DNA of 63,698 bases from Desulfobacterales bacterium (GCA_040235505.1 JBECKW010000017.1:74139-137836), one strand, 5' to 3'. Shown: positions 1 through 12,921, counted from the stretch's first letter. Translations and numbers: made by a program. The notes: generated by a model not told the origin, from the sequence alone.

Positions 1-381
1 TTCCATCGCCTGCCGCCAGGTATGGTAAGCTTCGCTGTCTTCCTTCCAGAAAAAAGGTTTTATAACCGTTATTTCTTTTCCGAATTTGTCCTTCGAATAG
101 TTAGCATACCGGGTGCTCTCCTGGCTGAAGGAGCTGAGTCGATGCCTGACGATCTCATGGGTAATGCCTCGGTCACAAACAATTCGAACGGAAATGCCTG
201 CATGTTCAAATACACTGTGATGACCGCTTTTCAGGAGCGCCTTTAACAGGCTGTGCGCCGAATCTTCTGTTATTTTTTCTTCCGATTTATAGCATGTCCT
301 GGCGGCCTTTTCGATATGTTTCAGTATAAGCTCGCCATCGGAAATTTGCAGAATCTCAAAAAACGGCTCTATGATTTTCAA
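1..381 (-). CDS. thyX: FAD-dependent thymidylate synthase ThyX, partial (runs off the window edge; absent from the ORF track)
   Basis: Manual translation from TTG at 381 (SD GGAG 6 nt upstream): MKIIEPFFEIL...IEKAARTCYKSE...GHHSVFEH...CDRGITHEIVRHRLSSFSQESTRY, containing the ThyX RHRxxSxxxxSxR motif. Open frame to base 1. Confidence 0.93.
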   Translation of the reverse strand, partial: MKIIEPFFEILQISDGELILKHIEKAARTCYKSEEKITEDSAHSLLKALLKSGHHSVFEHAGISVRIVCDRGITHEIVRHRLSSFSQESTRYANYSKDKFGKEITVIKPFFWKEDSEAYHTWRQAME

Positions 382-393
382 GCGTTTCTCCGG

Positions 394-3941
<3,548 letters not shown>

Positions 3942-3953
3942 CTTTTTCCCTTT

Positions 3954-4496
3954 CTATCCTATTGAACCGGAAATCCAGCTTTTCATTTTAGGTACAATCC
4001 GATTTGACCACTCATTTTGAATCCTTAACTTAACAAACCCCCCATACATCTGCCGAACCAGCATAATGGCCTTTTCATACAGATATGTTTTTTCCAGTAC
4101 GGCGCCTTCCCAGTCTTCCTCAGATTGTACCACGCCGACTGGCGTGGTTTCAGGTATTTTTAGTGCCGTCAGATGAAGGCTTTCCCCCTTTACCGTAAAT
4201 TGCCACTTTTGATCGCCGGCTTTGTAAATCAAATTTATTTCGCTGACGAGCGCCCCCTTTTTCAGCGCGAGCCGGGCTTCCTCAAGTCCCGCATCATCTC
4301 CCTTGATGGTGATGGTCTCCACAGCACCCGACTTTCTGTTTTCAACAACGAGCCGGTTTCCCACATCCATTGATACCATTTCCGCATTCAAGCCGCGAAG
4401 ATATTCCTGGTCCGTTTCGCTCATGAACCAGAGCCAAGTCAGAAACTCATACCCAAGAAATTTATATTTTTCATAGGCGATGGAAACATCCAGCAT
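3954..4496 (-). CDS. Conserved hypothetical protein, RdgC-like (partner of the upstream gene)
   Basis: FLGYEFLTWLW motif and GLEEARLALKKGALV segment recalled from deltaproteobacterial RdgC-like proteins; 3 bp from the upstream gene and 12 bp from dnaN. Confidence 0.6.
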   Translation of the reverse strand: MLDVSIAYEKYKFLGYEFLTWLWFMSETDQEYLRGLNAEMVSMDVGNRLVVENRKSGAVETITIKGDDAGLEEARLALKKGALVSEINLIYKAGDQKWQFTVKGESLHLTALKIPETTPVGVVQSEEDWEGAVLEKTYLYEKAIMLVRQMYGGFVKLRIQNEWSNRIVPKMKSWISGSIG

Positions 4497-4499
4497 ATG

Positions 4500-5114
4500 T
4501 TACACCATAAAGCTTGTCGGAGTTGTAGCCATCACCGCGTCTTTCTGACCGTCCGAAAGGTCAGCATCGTACAAAGCGCTCGTAAATGGAAACAACCGAA
4601 CGAGTGTCAGATTGAATGATTTTAAAAAAAGCGTCTCAACCGTTTCGTTGGCTCCCTTCAGGGATGAAAAAAACCACACGCTTCCGGTTTCGTGATTCCA
4701 GATCAGATCGTATATACTTGGAACAGCGGGGACTCTTCGATACAACATATTGATCACGTGATCTTTTAACATTTTTTTTTCTTCACGTGAAATATACTCC
4801 CTGCCGCTTTCGATCAGTTTTTTTTTTGTCTCCATGGCAACATATTTCTGGACTACCTTGGTCGGAACTCTTTTAGTGTCAATTCTCAAGGAAAAAATAA
4901 AATGTGGTCCCAGAACAAAAGAGGATCCTTCAAAATCCGGAAAAAAGGGTTGATTCGTCGATGTCCATCCGGCTGATGTTTCCACCGGTTCCTGGTCGAT
5001 GTCTGCAATGGTGTTATGTTTCAGCCCTTCCAGGACCTTCTCCATGACAGGCGATTTCAATGTGCCTTCCACTTTATATCGTGTTATCGAAACACTTGCA
5101 GATAAAATTCCCAA
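4500..5114 (-). CDS. Recombination-associated RdgC-family protein
   Basis: SVSITRYKV, SAGWTS, FSLRIDTKRVP and YDLIWN resemble the RdgC N-terminal half. Likely start is TTG at 5114, 5 nt after SD GAGGT (track start 5126). Confidence 0.7.
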   Translation of the reverse strand: MGILSASVSITRYKVEGTLKSPVMEKVLEGLKHNTIADIDQEPVETSAGWTSTNQPFFPDFEGSSFVLGPHFIFSLRIDTKRVPTKVVQKYVAMETKKKLIESGREYISREEKKMLKDHVINMLYRRVPAVPSIYDLIWNHETGSVWFFSSLKGANETVETLFLKSFNLTLVRLFPFTSALYDADLSDGQKDAVMATTPTSFMV

Positions 5115-5126
5115 TCCATACCTCAA

Positions 5127-5517
5127 TCAACAGAAAACAAAGGATTTATTTAATTTAAGCTTTGAAAATAAACACAACATATTGTAGATATAAAAAATAA
5201 GTCCATATATATAGCCTTTTTTCAACTACCTTTCAAGAAATTTTTACTGTTGGCAAAAGGGTGGTTTGGAGTTGTTTTTTATAGTACAAATATTTTTATT
5301 TAATATAGAAATGATATTATAAATATGGACTGTCTGAATTACCAATAAGTTTATAATTTATTAATTTATTACAATTTATTTGGAAATAAAGTTGTCAATA
5401 TCTTCATTACAACGCTTTCAACAAGCAAAAAAATATGGACAAAACGGAAAAACGTGTTGATAACCCGGCGGGTTGTTGAAATATTATGCAGCACTTATTA
5501 ACAAACTGACCGCTGTT
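5127..5517. promoter_or_regulatory. AT-rich divergent intergenic region with a repeated ATATGGAC motif
   Basis: Markedly AT-rich; AAATATGGAC at 5321-5330 and 5431-5440, inverted GTCCATAT at 5201-5208; separates divergent operons. Confidence 0.55.
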
Positions 5518-8500
5518 ATGAAATTTTTTGCAGACCTTCATATTCATTCAAAATATTCCAGAGCCACCTCAAAAAATCTTGATTTGGAAAACATATATAT
5601 TTCCGCACAGATCAAAGGGATCACCGTGGTGGGCACGGGAGATGCGATACACCCCGCCTGGTTTTCCGAAATAAAGGAAAAACTGATCCCGGCCGAAGAG
5701 GGGCTTTTCATGCTCCGAAAAGATATCGCACGCCATTGTGATCAGAAAGTTCCCCCCCTGTGCAGGGCACCGGTCCGCTTTGTTCTTCAGACGGAAATAA
5801 GTAATATTTATAAAAAGAAAGAAAGAACCCGAAAAAATCATAATTTGATATTTTTGCCGGATTTAGAGGCGGCCGAAGCATTTCAAAAACGGATGGAAGC
5901 CATCGGCAATATTCATTCGGACGGACGTCCAATCCTCGGCCTGGATGCGAAACATCTTCTTGAAATTGCACTTGAAACTTCTCCAGGAGCTTATCTGATA
6001 CCAGCTCATGTCTGGACGCCCTGGTTCTCTCTGCTTGGCTCGAAATCGGGTTTTGACAGTCTTACGGAATGCTTTGAGGACCTTTCCCCACACATATTTG
6101 CCGTGGAAACAGGGCTCAGTTCAGATCCCGAAATGAACAGGCTTGTATCGAGCCTGGACGCATTATCGCTGGTATCCAATTCAGATGCTCATTCGCCGGC
6201 CAATTTGGGCAGGGAGGTCAATATTTTCAATACGACGCTGAGCTATGACGGCATCCGAAGTGCATTGGAAAAAAAAGATCCCCGTGGGTTTATCGGCACC
6301 ATCGAATTTTATCCTGAAGAAGGAAAATATCATCTGGATGGACATCGAAAATGCCAGACCCGATACCGTCCCCGGGAGACGGAAAAAATAAAGGAAATTT
6401 GTCCTGTTTGCGGAAAACCGCTTACGCTGGGTGTTTTAAACCGGGTGATGGCCCTGGCGGATCGAAATATGGATGATGATTCGGGCCCGGCCGACTTTTG
6501 TTATCATCGGGTGCCGTTGGTGGATGTTTTATCGGAAATTCTATTGGTGGGTCCGCAATCCAAAAGAGTGCAAAGAGCCTACCAATCGCTTCTATCAAAA
6601 TTTGGAAATGAAACAAGTATCTTGAATGATATTGAAGTGAAGGAATTGGAAAATTCCGGAAATCCGCTTTTGCCCGAAGCCATTGAAAGGATGAGAAGCG
6701 GCAGAATGAATCTGATCCCTGGATATGACGGAGAATTCGGAAAAATCAGTATTTTTACAAAAGAAGAGAGAAACAGGCTGCTGGGTCAGCGCTCCATGTT
6801 TGATATGCCCTGCATTCAGGATGAAACCGTCGAAAAATCAGAATATGAAAGCGGCGTTCCTGAGCCTGAGTCCATTCAAGCAGGCGACATGCAGTGTTCC
6901 CCTCTTGTTGAAAATATGGATAAATCAGAGAAAGGGCCATCGGATCATATCCTGAAAACACTGAATACTTCGCAGGCGGAAGCGGTTTTTCATCCCGCCG
7001 GTCCCCTATTGATTGTTGCCGGACCCGGTACCGGAAAGACAATGACCCTGACCCACCGAATCGCGTTTGTGATACACCGGAAAAAGGTAGCGCCGGAAAA
7101 TATTCTGGCCGTCACCTTTACCAATAAAGCGGCCCATGAGATGCAAACCAGGCTGAAGAAACTACTGGGATATGAAACAGTTCTTCCCTTCACCGCCACG
7201 TTTCATCGGTTATGTCTTCACCTTCTGAAAGAAAGAGAGACGTTTCGGGCATATACGATCATAGACGAACGTGAGCGCAGCCAGATGATGGATATGGCGA
7301 TAAAAAGGCTTTCCCAGGCAGGAACGAAGTTCGCTGTGGATCGGGAGACCGCATTGAAAGCCATCGCAGGCGCCAAGCAAAGAATATTGGGGCCGGAGGA
7401 ATTTTTAAAGGAGGATGTCTCAGAGCACAAAGTTATTTCGAAAGTATACCGTTTATACAACGAAATGCTTCGAACCCAAAGACTTTTTGATTTTGAGGAT
7501 CTGATTTACACGGTTGTGGTTGAACTTGAAACCGACGATGATTTTCGGATGCAATGCCGACATCGCTTTTCATACATTTTTTTGGATGAGTATCAGGATT
7601 TAAATCATGCGCAATACCGCCTGGTTCGGGCCTTGTCGCCGCCAGACGCCAACATCTGTGTCATTGGAGATCCGGATCAGTCCATTTACGGCTTCAGAGG
7701 CTCGAATTATCACTATTTTGTCGACTTCGTCCATGATTATCCATCGACGAAAACGGTTTTTCTGGAAAAAAATTATCGATCTACACAAATCATTTTAGAC
7801 GCCTCATTTCAAATGATGGAAGGACACCAGGTAAAGCTGCTGTCATCTGACAATGACAGCCGGCGGCTCTATTCCGATATGAAGGGATCCGATGGTAACG
7901 GATATGAAAAAAGCATTCATATTTTTGAAATGAGCAACGAGTTTTCGGAAGCCGACGCCGTAGCAAAAACAATAGAGAAGCTTGTGGGGGGAACCGGATA
8001 TCATGCCGTGGATGCCGGTCGCATCAATCAGGCGGATTTAGCTCAACCGGTCGGTTTTTCGGATGTGGCGATTCTTTTCCGAACCGCGGATCAGCACCGG
8101 ATTATTAAGGACAGCCTGTCCAGATACGGCATCCCGTTCCAGGTAGCCGGCCGCGCCACCGGTGAAGAGGCTTCAGAACTCGAACAGCTTCTTTCCCTTT
8201 TCAAGGTTGTGGATGGGTGCGGACACTACGGTGATTTCGAGAAGGTTATCGGTTCATGGCAGCCCGGCATCGGCAAGGAGACGATTTTCTGTTTTTGCCA
8301 ATGGGCCTTTTCCCATGGCTATCCGCTATCGGCCGCCATGGATGAAGTAAAGCGCTTTCCGATTCCGGAGATGTCCAGAATGCGCCAGGAAAAGCTTGTT
8401 GATTTTATAAAAATATTAAGCGGGTTTTCCAGACAGATGGAGGGCTTGTCCTTCTCGGACAAACTTCGATATCTGTTATCCCATACTCGCCTCGACCGGC

Positions 8501-8973
8501 TTCGTAAAGAAAACCCTACGATATCGAAAACCTGCGATCGCCTGTTGAACCTGATAGAAAAAAGCGGTTTACCTGCGGAGACCTTTTTTTCGCGGACGGC
8601 GCTTGAAACGGAGGTCGATACGGTGTCGTTCGATATTCAGAAAGTGACGCTCATGACCATCCATGCGGCGAAAGGGCTTGAATTTCCGGTCGTCTTTATT
8701 GTCGGATGCGAAGATGATTTAATACCGTTTCGCCGTCCGGAAACTGAAAATAATGATGAAGATGAAGAAAGACGTCTCTTTTTTGTGGCCATGACCCGCG
8801 CCAAACATCAGCTGTTCCTTACATGGTCCAGGAGAAGAAAACGGTATGGGAAAAATCTGGTCAGACAGATTTCTCCTTTTATTTCGAATATCGATCCGGA
8901 GCTTCTGGTGCTTCAGGAGCCGGTATACGGCAAAAAAAAGCGTCAAGTGCAGACTCAGATGAAATTATTTTGA
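5518..8973 (+). CDS. Fusion of an EndoQ/TIGR00375-type PHP nuclease domain with a UvrD/PcrA SF1 helicase
   Basis: N-terminus ADLHIHSKYS, PAHVWTPWFS, ETGLSSD, SNSDAHS, Zn motif HRKC..CPVCG, YDGEFG. C-terminus AGPGTGKT, DEYQD, GDPDQSIYGFRG, NYRS, TIHAAKGLEF, EERRLFFVAMTRAK. ATG 5518 preferred over TTG 5473. Confidence 0.88.
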   Translation: MKFFADLHIHSKYSRATSKNLDLENIYISAQIKGITVVGTGDAIHPAWFSEIKEKLIPAEEGLFMLRKDIARHCDQKVPPLCRAPVRFVLQTEISNIYKKKERTRKNHNLIFLPDLEAAEAFQKRMEAIGNIHSDGRPILGLDAKHLLEIALETSPGAYLIPAHVWTPWFSLLGSKSGFDSLTECFEDLSPHIFAVETGLSSDPEMNRLVSSLDALSLVSNSDAHSPANLGREVNIFNTTLSYDGIRSALEKKDPRGFIGTIEFYPEEGKYHLDGHRKCQTRYRPRETEKIKEICPVCGKPLTLGVLNRVMALADRNMDDDSGPADFCYHRVPLVDVLSEILLVGPQSKRVQRAYQSLLSKFGNETSILNDIEVKELENSGNPLLPEAIERMRSGRMNLIPGYDGEFGKISIFTKEERNRLLGQRSMFDMPCIQDETVEKSEYESGVPEPESIQAGDMQCSPLVENMDKSEKGPSDHILKTLNTSQAEAVFHPAGPLLIVAGPGTGKTMTLTHRIAFVIHRKKVAPENILAVTFTNKAAHEMQTRLKKLLGYETVLPFTATFHRLCLHLLKERETFRAYTIIDERERSQMMDMAIKRLSQAGTKFAVDRETALKAIAGAKQRILGPEEFLKEDVSEHKVISKVYRLYNEMLRTQRLFDFEDLIYTVVVELETDDDFRMQCRHRFSYIFLDEYQDLNHAQYRLVRALSPPDANICVIGDPDQSIYGFRGSNYHYFVDFVHDYPSTKTVFLEKNYRSTQIILDASFQMMEGHQVKLLSSDNDSRRLYSDMKGSDGNGYEKSIHIFEMSNEFSEADAVAKTIEKLVGGTGYHAVDAGRINQADLAQPVGFSDVAILFRTADQHRIIKDSLSRYGIPFQVAGRATGEEASELEQLLSLFKVVDGCGHYGDFEKVIGSWQPGIGKETIFCFCQWAFSHGYPLSAAMDEVKRFPIPEMSRMRQEKLVDFIKILSGFSRQMEGLSFSDKLRYLLSHTRLDRLRKENPTISKTCDRLLNLIEKSGLPAETFFSRTALETEVDTVSFDIQKVTLMTIHAAKGLEFPVVFIVGCEDDLIPFRRPETENNDEDEERRLFFVAMTRAKHQLFLTWSRRRKRYGKNLVRQISPFISNIDPELLVLQEPVYGKKKRQVQTQMKLF

Positions 8974-9004
8974 CGATAAAATTCGGGAAAAGAGACTGCC
9001 TTTA

Positions 9005-9033
9005 TTGACATAGTTCATATTTTCTTGGATAAT
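9005..9033 (+). promoter_or_regulatory. Sigma70-type promoter for the PilB-like/MinD-like operon
   Basis: TTGACA (9005-9010), 17-nt spacer, GATAAT (9028-9033). Confidence 0.7.
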
Positions 9034-9114
9034 AACAGCTTATAAAGAAAGGCTTTTTGTTTTATTTGCGGCGTATTCTCTTCCGGGATAATTTTTCTAA
9101 ATATCTGGAGAATT

Positions 9115-11706
9115 ATGAGCAACGGTAAAAAGCGAGAACAACCCCCCCTTAAGATCGGTGAACTGCTTGTCAAAGAAGGCTATGTCCGGAATGCCGATAT
9201 TGAAAAGGCTTTGGAAATACAAAAAAAAGAGGCGGAAAAGGCCGAAACGCCTCTTGGAAAGATTCTTGTTGGTTTAGGAAAAATCAATAAGGATCAACTG
9301 AAAAGCCTTCTGGAACACCCCTGTCAACGAAAACAGCTCGGAACCATGGCCCTTGATGCCGGTCTTATCGACCAGCAGCAACTGAAAGAATGCCTGAAGG
9401 ACCTGAAAGACGAAGAAAAAATAGGTGACATCCTCGTTCAGAAAGGGCTCGTGAACGATGATCAGCTAAAATCCCTCCTTTATAAACAGGTCGGCTCCCA
9501 GCGGATCGGAGATCTCGCGCTGAAATTCAACATGATCAATGAGGATGATCTGGAAGCCGCGCTTGCCATTAAAAGATCCAAAAGAACCATCGGCGGCATT
9601 CTCTGTGACCTGAACCTGATCTCGGCGAACGATCTGAATCATGTGCTTCAGAAATATAAAAAGCTACTGAAGTTCGGCGAAATCCTGGTTGATCAGAACT
9701 ATATTTCTGCGGCTCAATTGGACGCCGCCCTGGCTGAGCAATCCAAAACCGGCTCACATCTTGGGGAAATTCTTTTAAAGCGCAGATTGATTACAGAGGA
9801 TGAGCTCCATACGACGCTCTCGAAACAGTACAATATTCCCTATGAAAAAATAGAATCCTTCGACATTGACGAAAGCAAAATAGCACCTCTTATCAGCGTG
9901 GTCGGGCAGCGTTATGCCGAAACCAACCTGATTCTTCCCCTGCGGCAGGAAGGAAATCTGCTGACCCTGGCCATTTCTGACCCGGACAGGGCCAAGGCGC
10001 TTCAGGAACTGAAAACCGTCTACACTCATTTTCAGATGCGCTGCGTGCTCATTACACGCGAAAAATTCGAAGAACTCTTCGAGATTCTGTACGGAGAGAC
10101 TCTGGAAGAGTCCATTTCCTCCAATGAGGCCTCTTCCCGGCCCGAATCCATGGATAGCTTCCAGATAAATCTGAGCGACGATCTGGATGAAAAGGACGGC
10201 AAGAAGGCGTCCTACGCCATGTCCTCCATGGAGGTGGAGCAGGTTGTCAACTATATCATTAAATACGGAATCATGAACGATGCCAGCGATATTCATATCG
10301 AACAGGATCGCAGCGGCCCGAAAATAAGGTTCCGAATCGACGGCATGCTTCAGCGCCTTCGGGAAAAGGCCCTGGATGAGAAGCTTCACGAAATGGCGAG
10401 TCCCATTATCTCCCGTATAAAGGTCATCTCAAATCTTGATATCGCCGAACGACGGGTTCCCCAGGATGGTGTTTTCCGGGTCAGCTATTTTGATAAAGCC
10501 CGCGGGCGGGATGTGGATCTGGATTTCCGCGTCGCCACCTGTCCGGCCATTGTGGGAGAAAACGTTACGATCCGGATTCTCGATTCACGGAAGGCCAAAG
10601 TCGGTCTTGAAAATTTGAACCACTCCAGGGATGTGCTGGAGCCGTTCATGCGGCTTTTAAAAAGCTCGGCCGGGATGGTGCTGGTATCGGGACCTACGGG
10701 GAGCGGAAAGTCCTCCACGCTCTACGGCGCTCTTCAATACATTTATAATCCCAGTATAAAAATTATTACGGCGGAAGATCCCATCGAATACAGCTTTCCG
10801 GGAATCATGCAGACCCAGGCCCATCAAAAAATCGGCCTGACGTTCGCCAAACTGCTGCGATCTTTTCTAAGACTTGATCCGGATGTGATTCTGGTGGGCG
10901 AGATGCGGGATGAAGAGACGGCCCAAATCGGCTTCGATGCGGCCCAGACAGGTCATTTGCTTCTGAGCACCATACACACCAACGATGCGGTGGCCGCCGT
11001 ATCACGTCTCCTGGATTTAAACATTGATCACAGCCAGATGGCTTCCAGTCTGCTTTGTGTTCTCTCCCAGCGGCTCTGCCGGCAGATCTGTTATAATTGC
11101 ATGGTTTCTTACACACCCGAGGAAGACGAATGGAGAGCCCTTTTCAATACCTATCCGGAGCACCTGTCCTTTTACAAGGGAGAGGGTTGCGAAGCCTGCG
11201 GCTTTACCGGGTATAAGGGACGGGTGCTGATTTCCGAGCTCTTCGAAATTACCCGGGAGGTATCGCTTGCCCTCAGCAGGGGCGCATCCGAGCGGGAAAT
11301 CAAACAGATCGCCCTGGACGGTGGAATGAAAACGCTGGTGGATGACGGCATCCAGAAGCTTCACCAGACCACCCTTGCGGAGGTGATCCGCGTCGTTCCC
11401 CATGAAATGATCAAGGCGTTCAAGTCCCGGCAGCCGAAGCAATCCGGCGGCAGCGACCAGCAGACCATCATCTCCAATCCGGAAACCCAGGGGGCGCTCC
11501 TCGATAAAATTTACGAACAGTATAAAAAACTAAGCGGACATAACGGTGGAAAAACCGAACGCAGCGATGAGACGCAGTTTAAAAAATTTCTTTTAAGCAA
11601 TTATCAGAAAATAACCGACCAATATGGCTGCAACAGCGTATCGTTTTCTCTGAAAAACAGAGACAACAAGGTGGAAATTTTTGCCCAGCCCGACATGGGT
11701 CAATAG
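9115..11706 (+). CDS. PilB/GspE-family secretion/pilus ATPase with eight N-terminal MshEN-like repeats and a C-terminal extension
   Basis: ASDIHIE, LDIAERRVPQDG, Walker A GPTGSGKS, TAEDPIEY, LRLDPDVILVGEMRD, TGHLLLSTIHTND, Zn-binding CRQIC/CEAC; repeated (K/R/x)(L/I/F)GxxL..G(L/Y)(I/V) units. Confidence 0.92.
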   Translation: MSNGKKREQPPLKIGELLVKEGYVRNADIEKALEIQKKEAEKAETPLGKILVGLGKINKDQLKSLLEHPCQRKQLGTMALDAGLIDQQQLKECLKDLKDEEKIGDILVQKGLVNDDQLKSLLYKQVGSQRIGDLALKFNMINEDDLEAALAIKRSKRTIGGILCDLNLISANDLNHVLQKYKKLLKFGEILVDQNYISAAQLDAALAEQSKTGSHLGEILLKRRLITEDELHTTLSKQYNIPYEKIESFDIDESKIAPLISVVGQRYAETNLILPLRQEGNLLTLAISDPDRAKALQELKTVYTHFQMRCVLITREKFEELFEILYGETLEESISSNEASSRPESMDSFQINLSDDLDEKDGKKASYAMSSMEVEQVVNYIIKYGIMNDASDIHIEQDRSGPKIRFRIDGMLQRLREKALDEKLHEMASPIISRIKVISNLDIAERRVPQDGVFRVSYFDKARGRDVDLDFRVATCPAIVGENVTIRILDSRKAKVGLENLNHSRDVLEPFMRLLKSSAGMVLVSGPTGSGKSSTLYGALQYIYNPSIKIITAEDPIEYSFPGIMQTQAHQKIGLTFAKLLRSFLRLDPDVILVGEMRDEETAQIGFDAAQTGHLLLSTIHTNDAVAAVSRLLDLNIDHSQMASSLLCVLSQRLCRQICYNCMVSYTPEEDEWRALFNTYPEHLSFYKGEGCEACGFTGYKGRVLISELFEITREVSLALSRGASEREIKQIALDGGMKTLVDDGIQKLHQTTLAEVIRVVPHEMIKAFKSRQPKQSGGSDQQTIISNPETQGALLDKIYEQYKKLSGHNGGKTERSDETQFKKFLLSNYQKITDQYGCNSVSFSLKNRDNKVEIFAQPDMGQ

Positions 11707-11720
11707 AGGGGTTTTATTAA

Positions 11721-12914
11721 ATGGCAAAGATACTTACGGTTACCAGTGGAAAGGGCGGCGTCGGCAAAACCAATATCAGTGTCAATCTGGCGGTTCTTCT
11801 CGCCCAGCAGGGCTACAGAACCTGCCTGTTCGATGCGGATCTCGGTCTTGCAAACATCAATATCCTGCTCGGCATTTATCCGGAATACAATCTGGAAGAT
11901 GTTATCGACGGGAAAAAAACGCTGAAAGAAGTTATCATTCACGATAAAAGCGGAATAGATATCATTCCGGGAAGCTCCGGGGTTGCTAAAATGGAATCCC
12001 TTTCCGCCGCTCAGCTCAGCGCCCTTTCCGATGCTTTCGGGCAGCTTGAAGATTATGATTATCTTCTTTTCGACACCTCAGCCGGGATATCCAAAAATGT
12101 CATCGCGTTTTGCATGAATGCCTCCGAGGTTGTGCTGGTGATCACGCCGGAGCCCACTTCCCTGACGGATGCCTATGCGTTGATGAAAGTTCTCTCCCTG
12201 AATGGTTTCAAACAAACGGCAAAAGTGGTGGTAAACCAGAGTAAAAATCCAAAAACGGCGCAACTTGCCTACACCAAGCTGAAAGATACGGTTCGAAAAT
12301 TTCTCGGCATCCAGCTCTCTCCCCTGGGAACGATTGTTTCGGATGCGCGGGTGATCGAAGCCGTGGCCGCCCAGAAACCGTTTATCATGCTCTATCCAAA
12401 CACCCAGGCCGCCAAAGGGCTCAAAGCCGTCGCATCGATGTTGTTGGAAAAAACGGATGCTTCAGACAAAGCCTTTCCCCTGGATACCTTTTGGAATAAA
12501 TGTGTCAATATCCTTTCATCCCCGCTGAAATTACCGGCCAAGAAAAGCGAAGAGACCCGCCAGACCGAGCCAGCAGCCGAAAAGCCGCCGGCTGCCGCAC
12601 CGCCGGAACCCGCAAGGCCAACCACAGTCGGCGTTGAATCGGGACCTTCCGTCAAAGGCGGACCGGCCGCAGTTCATGCGCCTTTACCGGGACCGGACGC
12701 CATCCAGCGGCTCTTGGAGCATCTGGTGGAAAACGTCTCAGCCATCACGCGGGAGCTTTCCGGTATCAGAACCGCCTTGGAGCAGGGTGCGTTCAGTGGC
12801 TTTGGCTCCACCACCTCGGGTGGCAAAACCGAGCGTATCCCCCCCGTCATCCCGCTTGATTTTGAAGCCTTCCTTGCAGACCAGGAATCAGAAACCGGCG
12901 GCGGACAAGAGTAA
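11721..12914 (+). CDS. MinD/FlhG(FleN)-family ATPase with a Pro/Ala-rich linker and C-terminal extension
   Basis: Deviant Walker A TSGKGGVGKT, FDADLGLAN, FDTSAGIS, VITPEPTSLTDAYALMK; about 125 extra C-terminal residues. Confidence 0.9.
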   Translation: MAKILTVTSGKGGVGKTNISVNLAVLLAQQGYRTCLFDADLGLANINILLGIYPEYNLEDVIDGKKTLKEVIIHDKSGIDIIPGSSGVAKMESLSAAQLSALSDAFGQLEDYDYLLFDTSAGISKNVIAFCMNASEVVLVITPEPTSLTDAYALMKVLSLNGFKQTAKVVVNQSKNPKTAQLAYTKLKDTVRKFLGIQLSPLGTIVSDARVIEAVAAQKPFIMLYPNTQAAKGLKAVASMLLEKTDASDKAFPLDTFWNKCVNILSSPLKLPAKKSEETRQTEPAAEKPPAAAPPEPARPTTVGVESGPSVKGGPAAVHAPLPGPDAIQRLLEHLVENVSAITRELSGIRTALEQGAFSGFGSTTSGGKTERIPPVIPLDFEAFLADQESETGGGQE

Positions 12915-12921
12915 AACGTCT

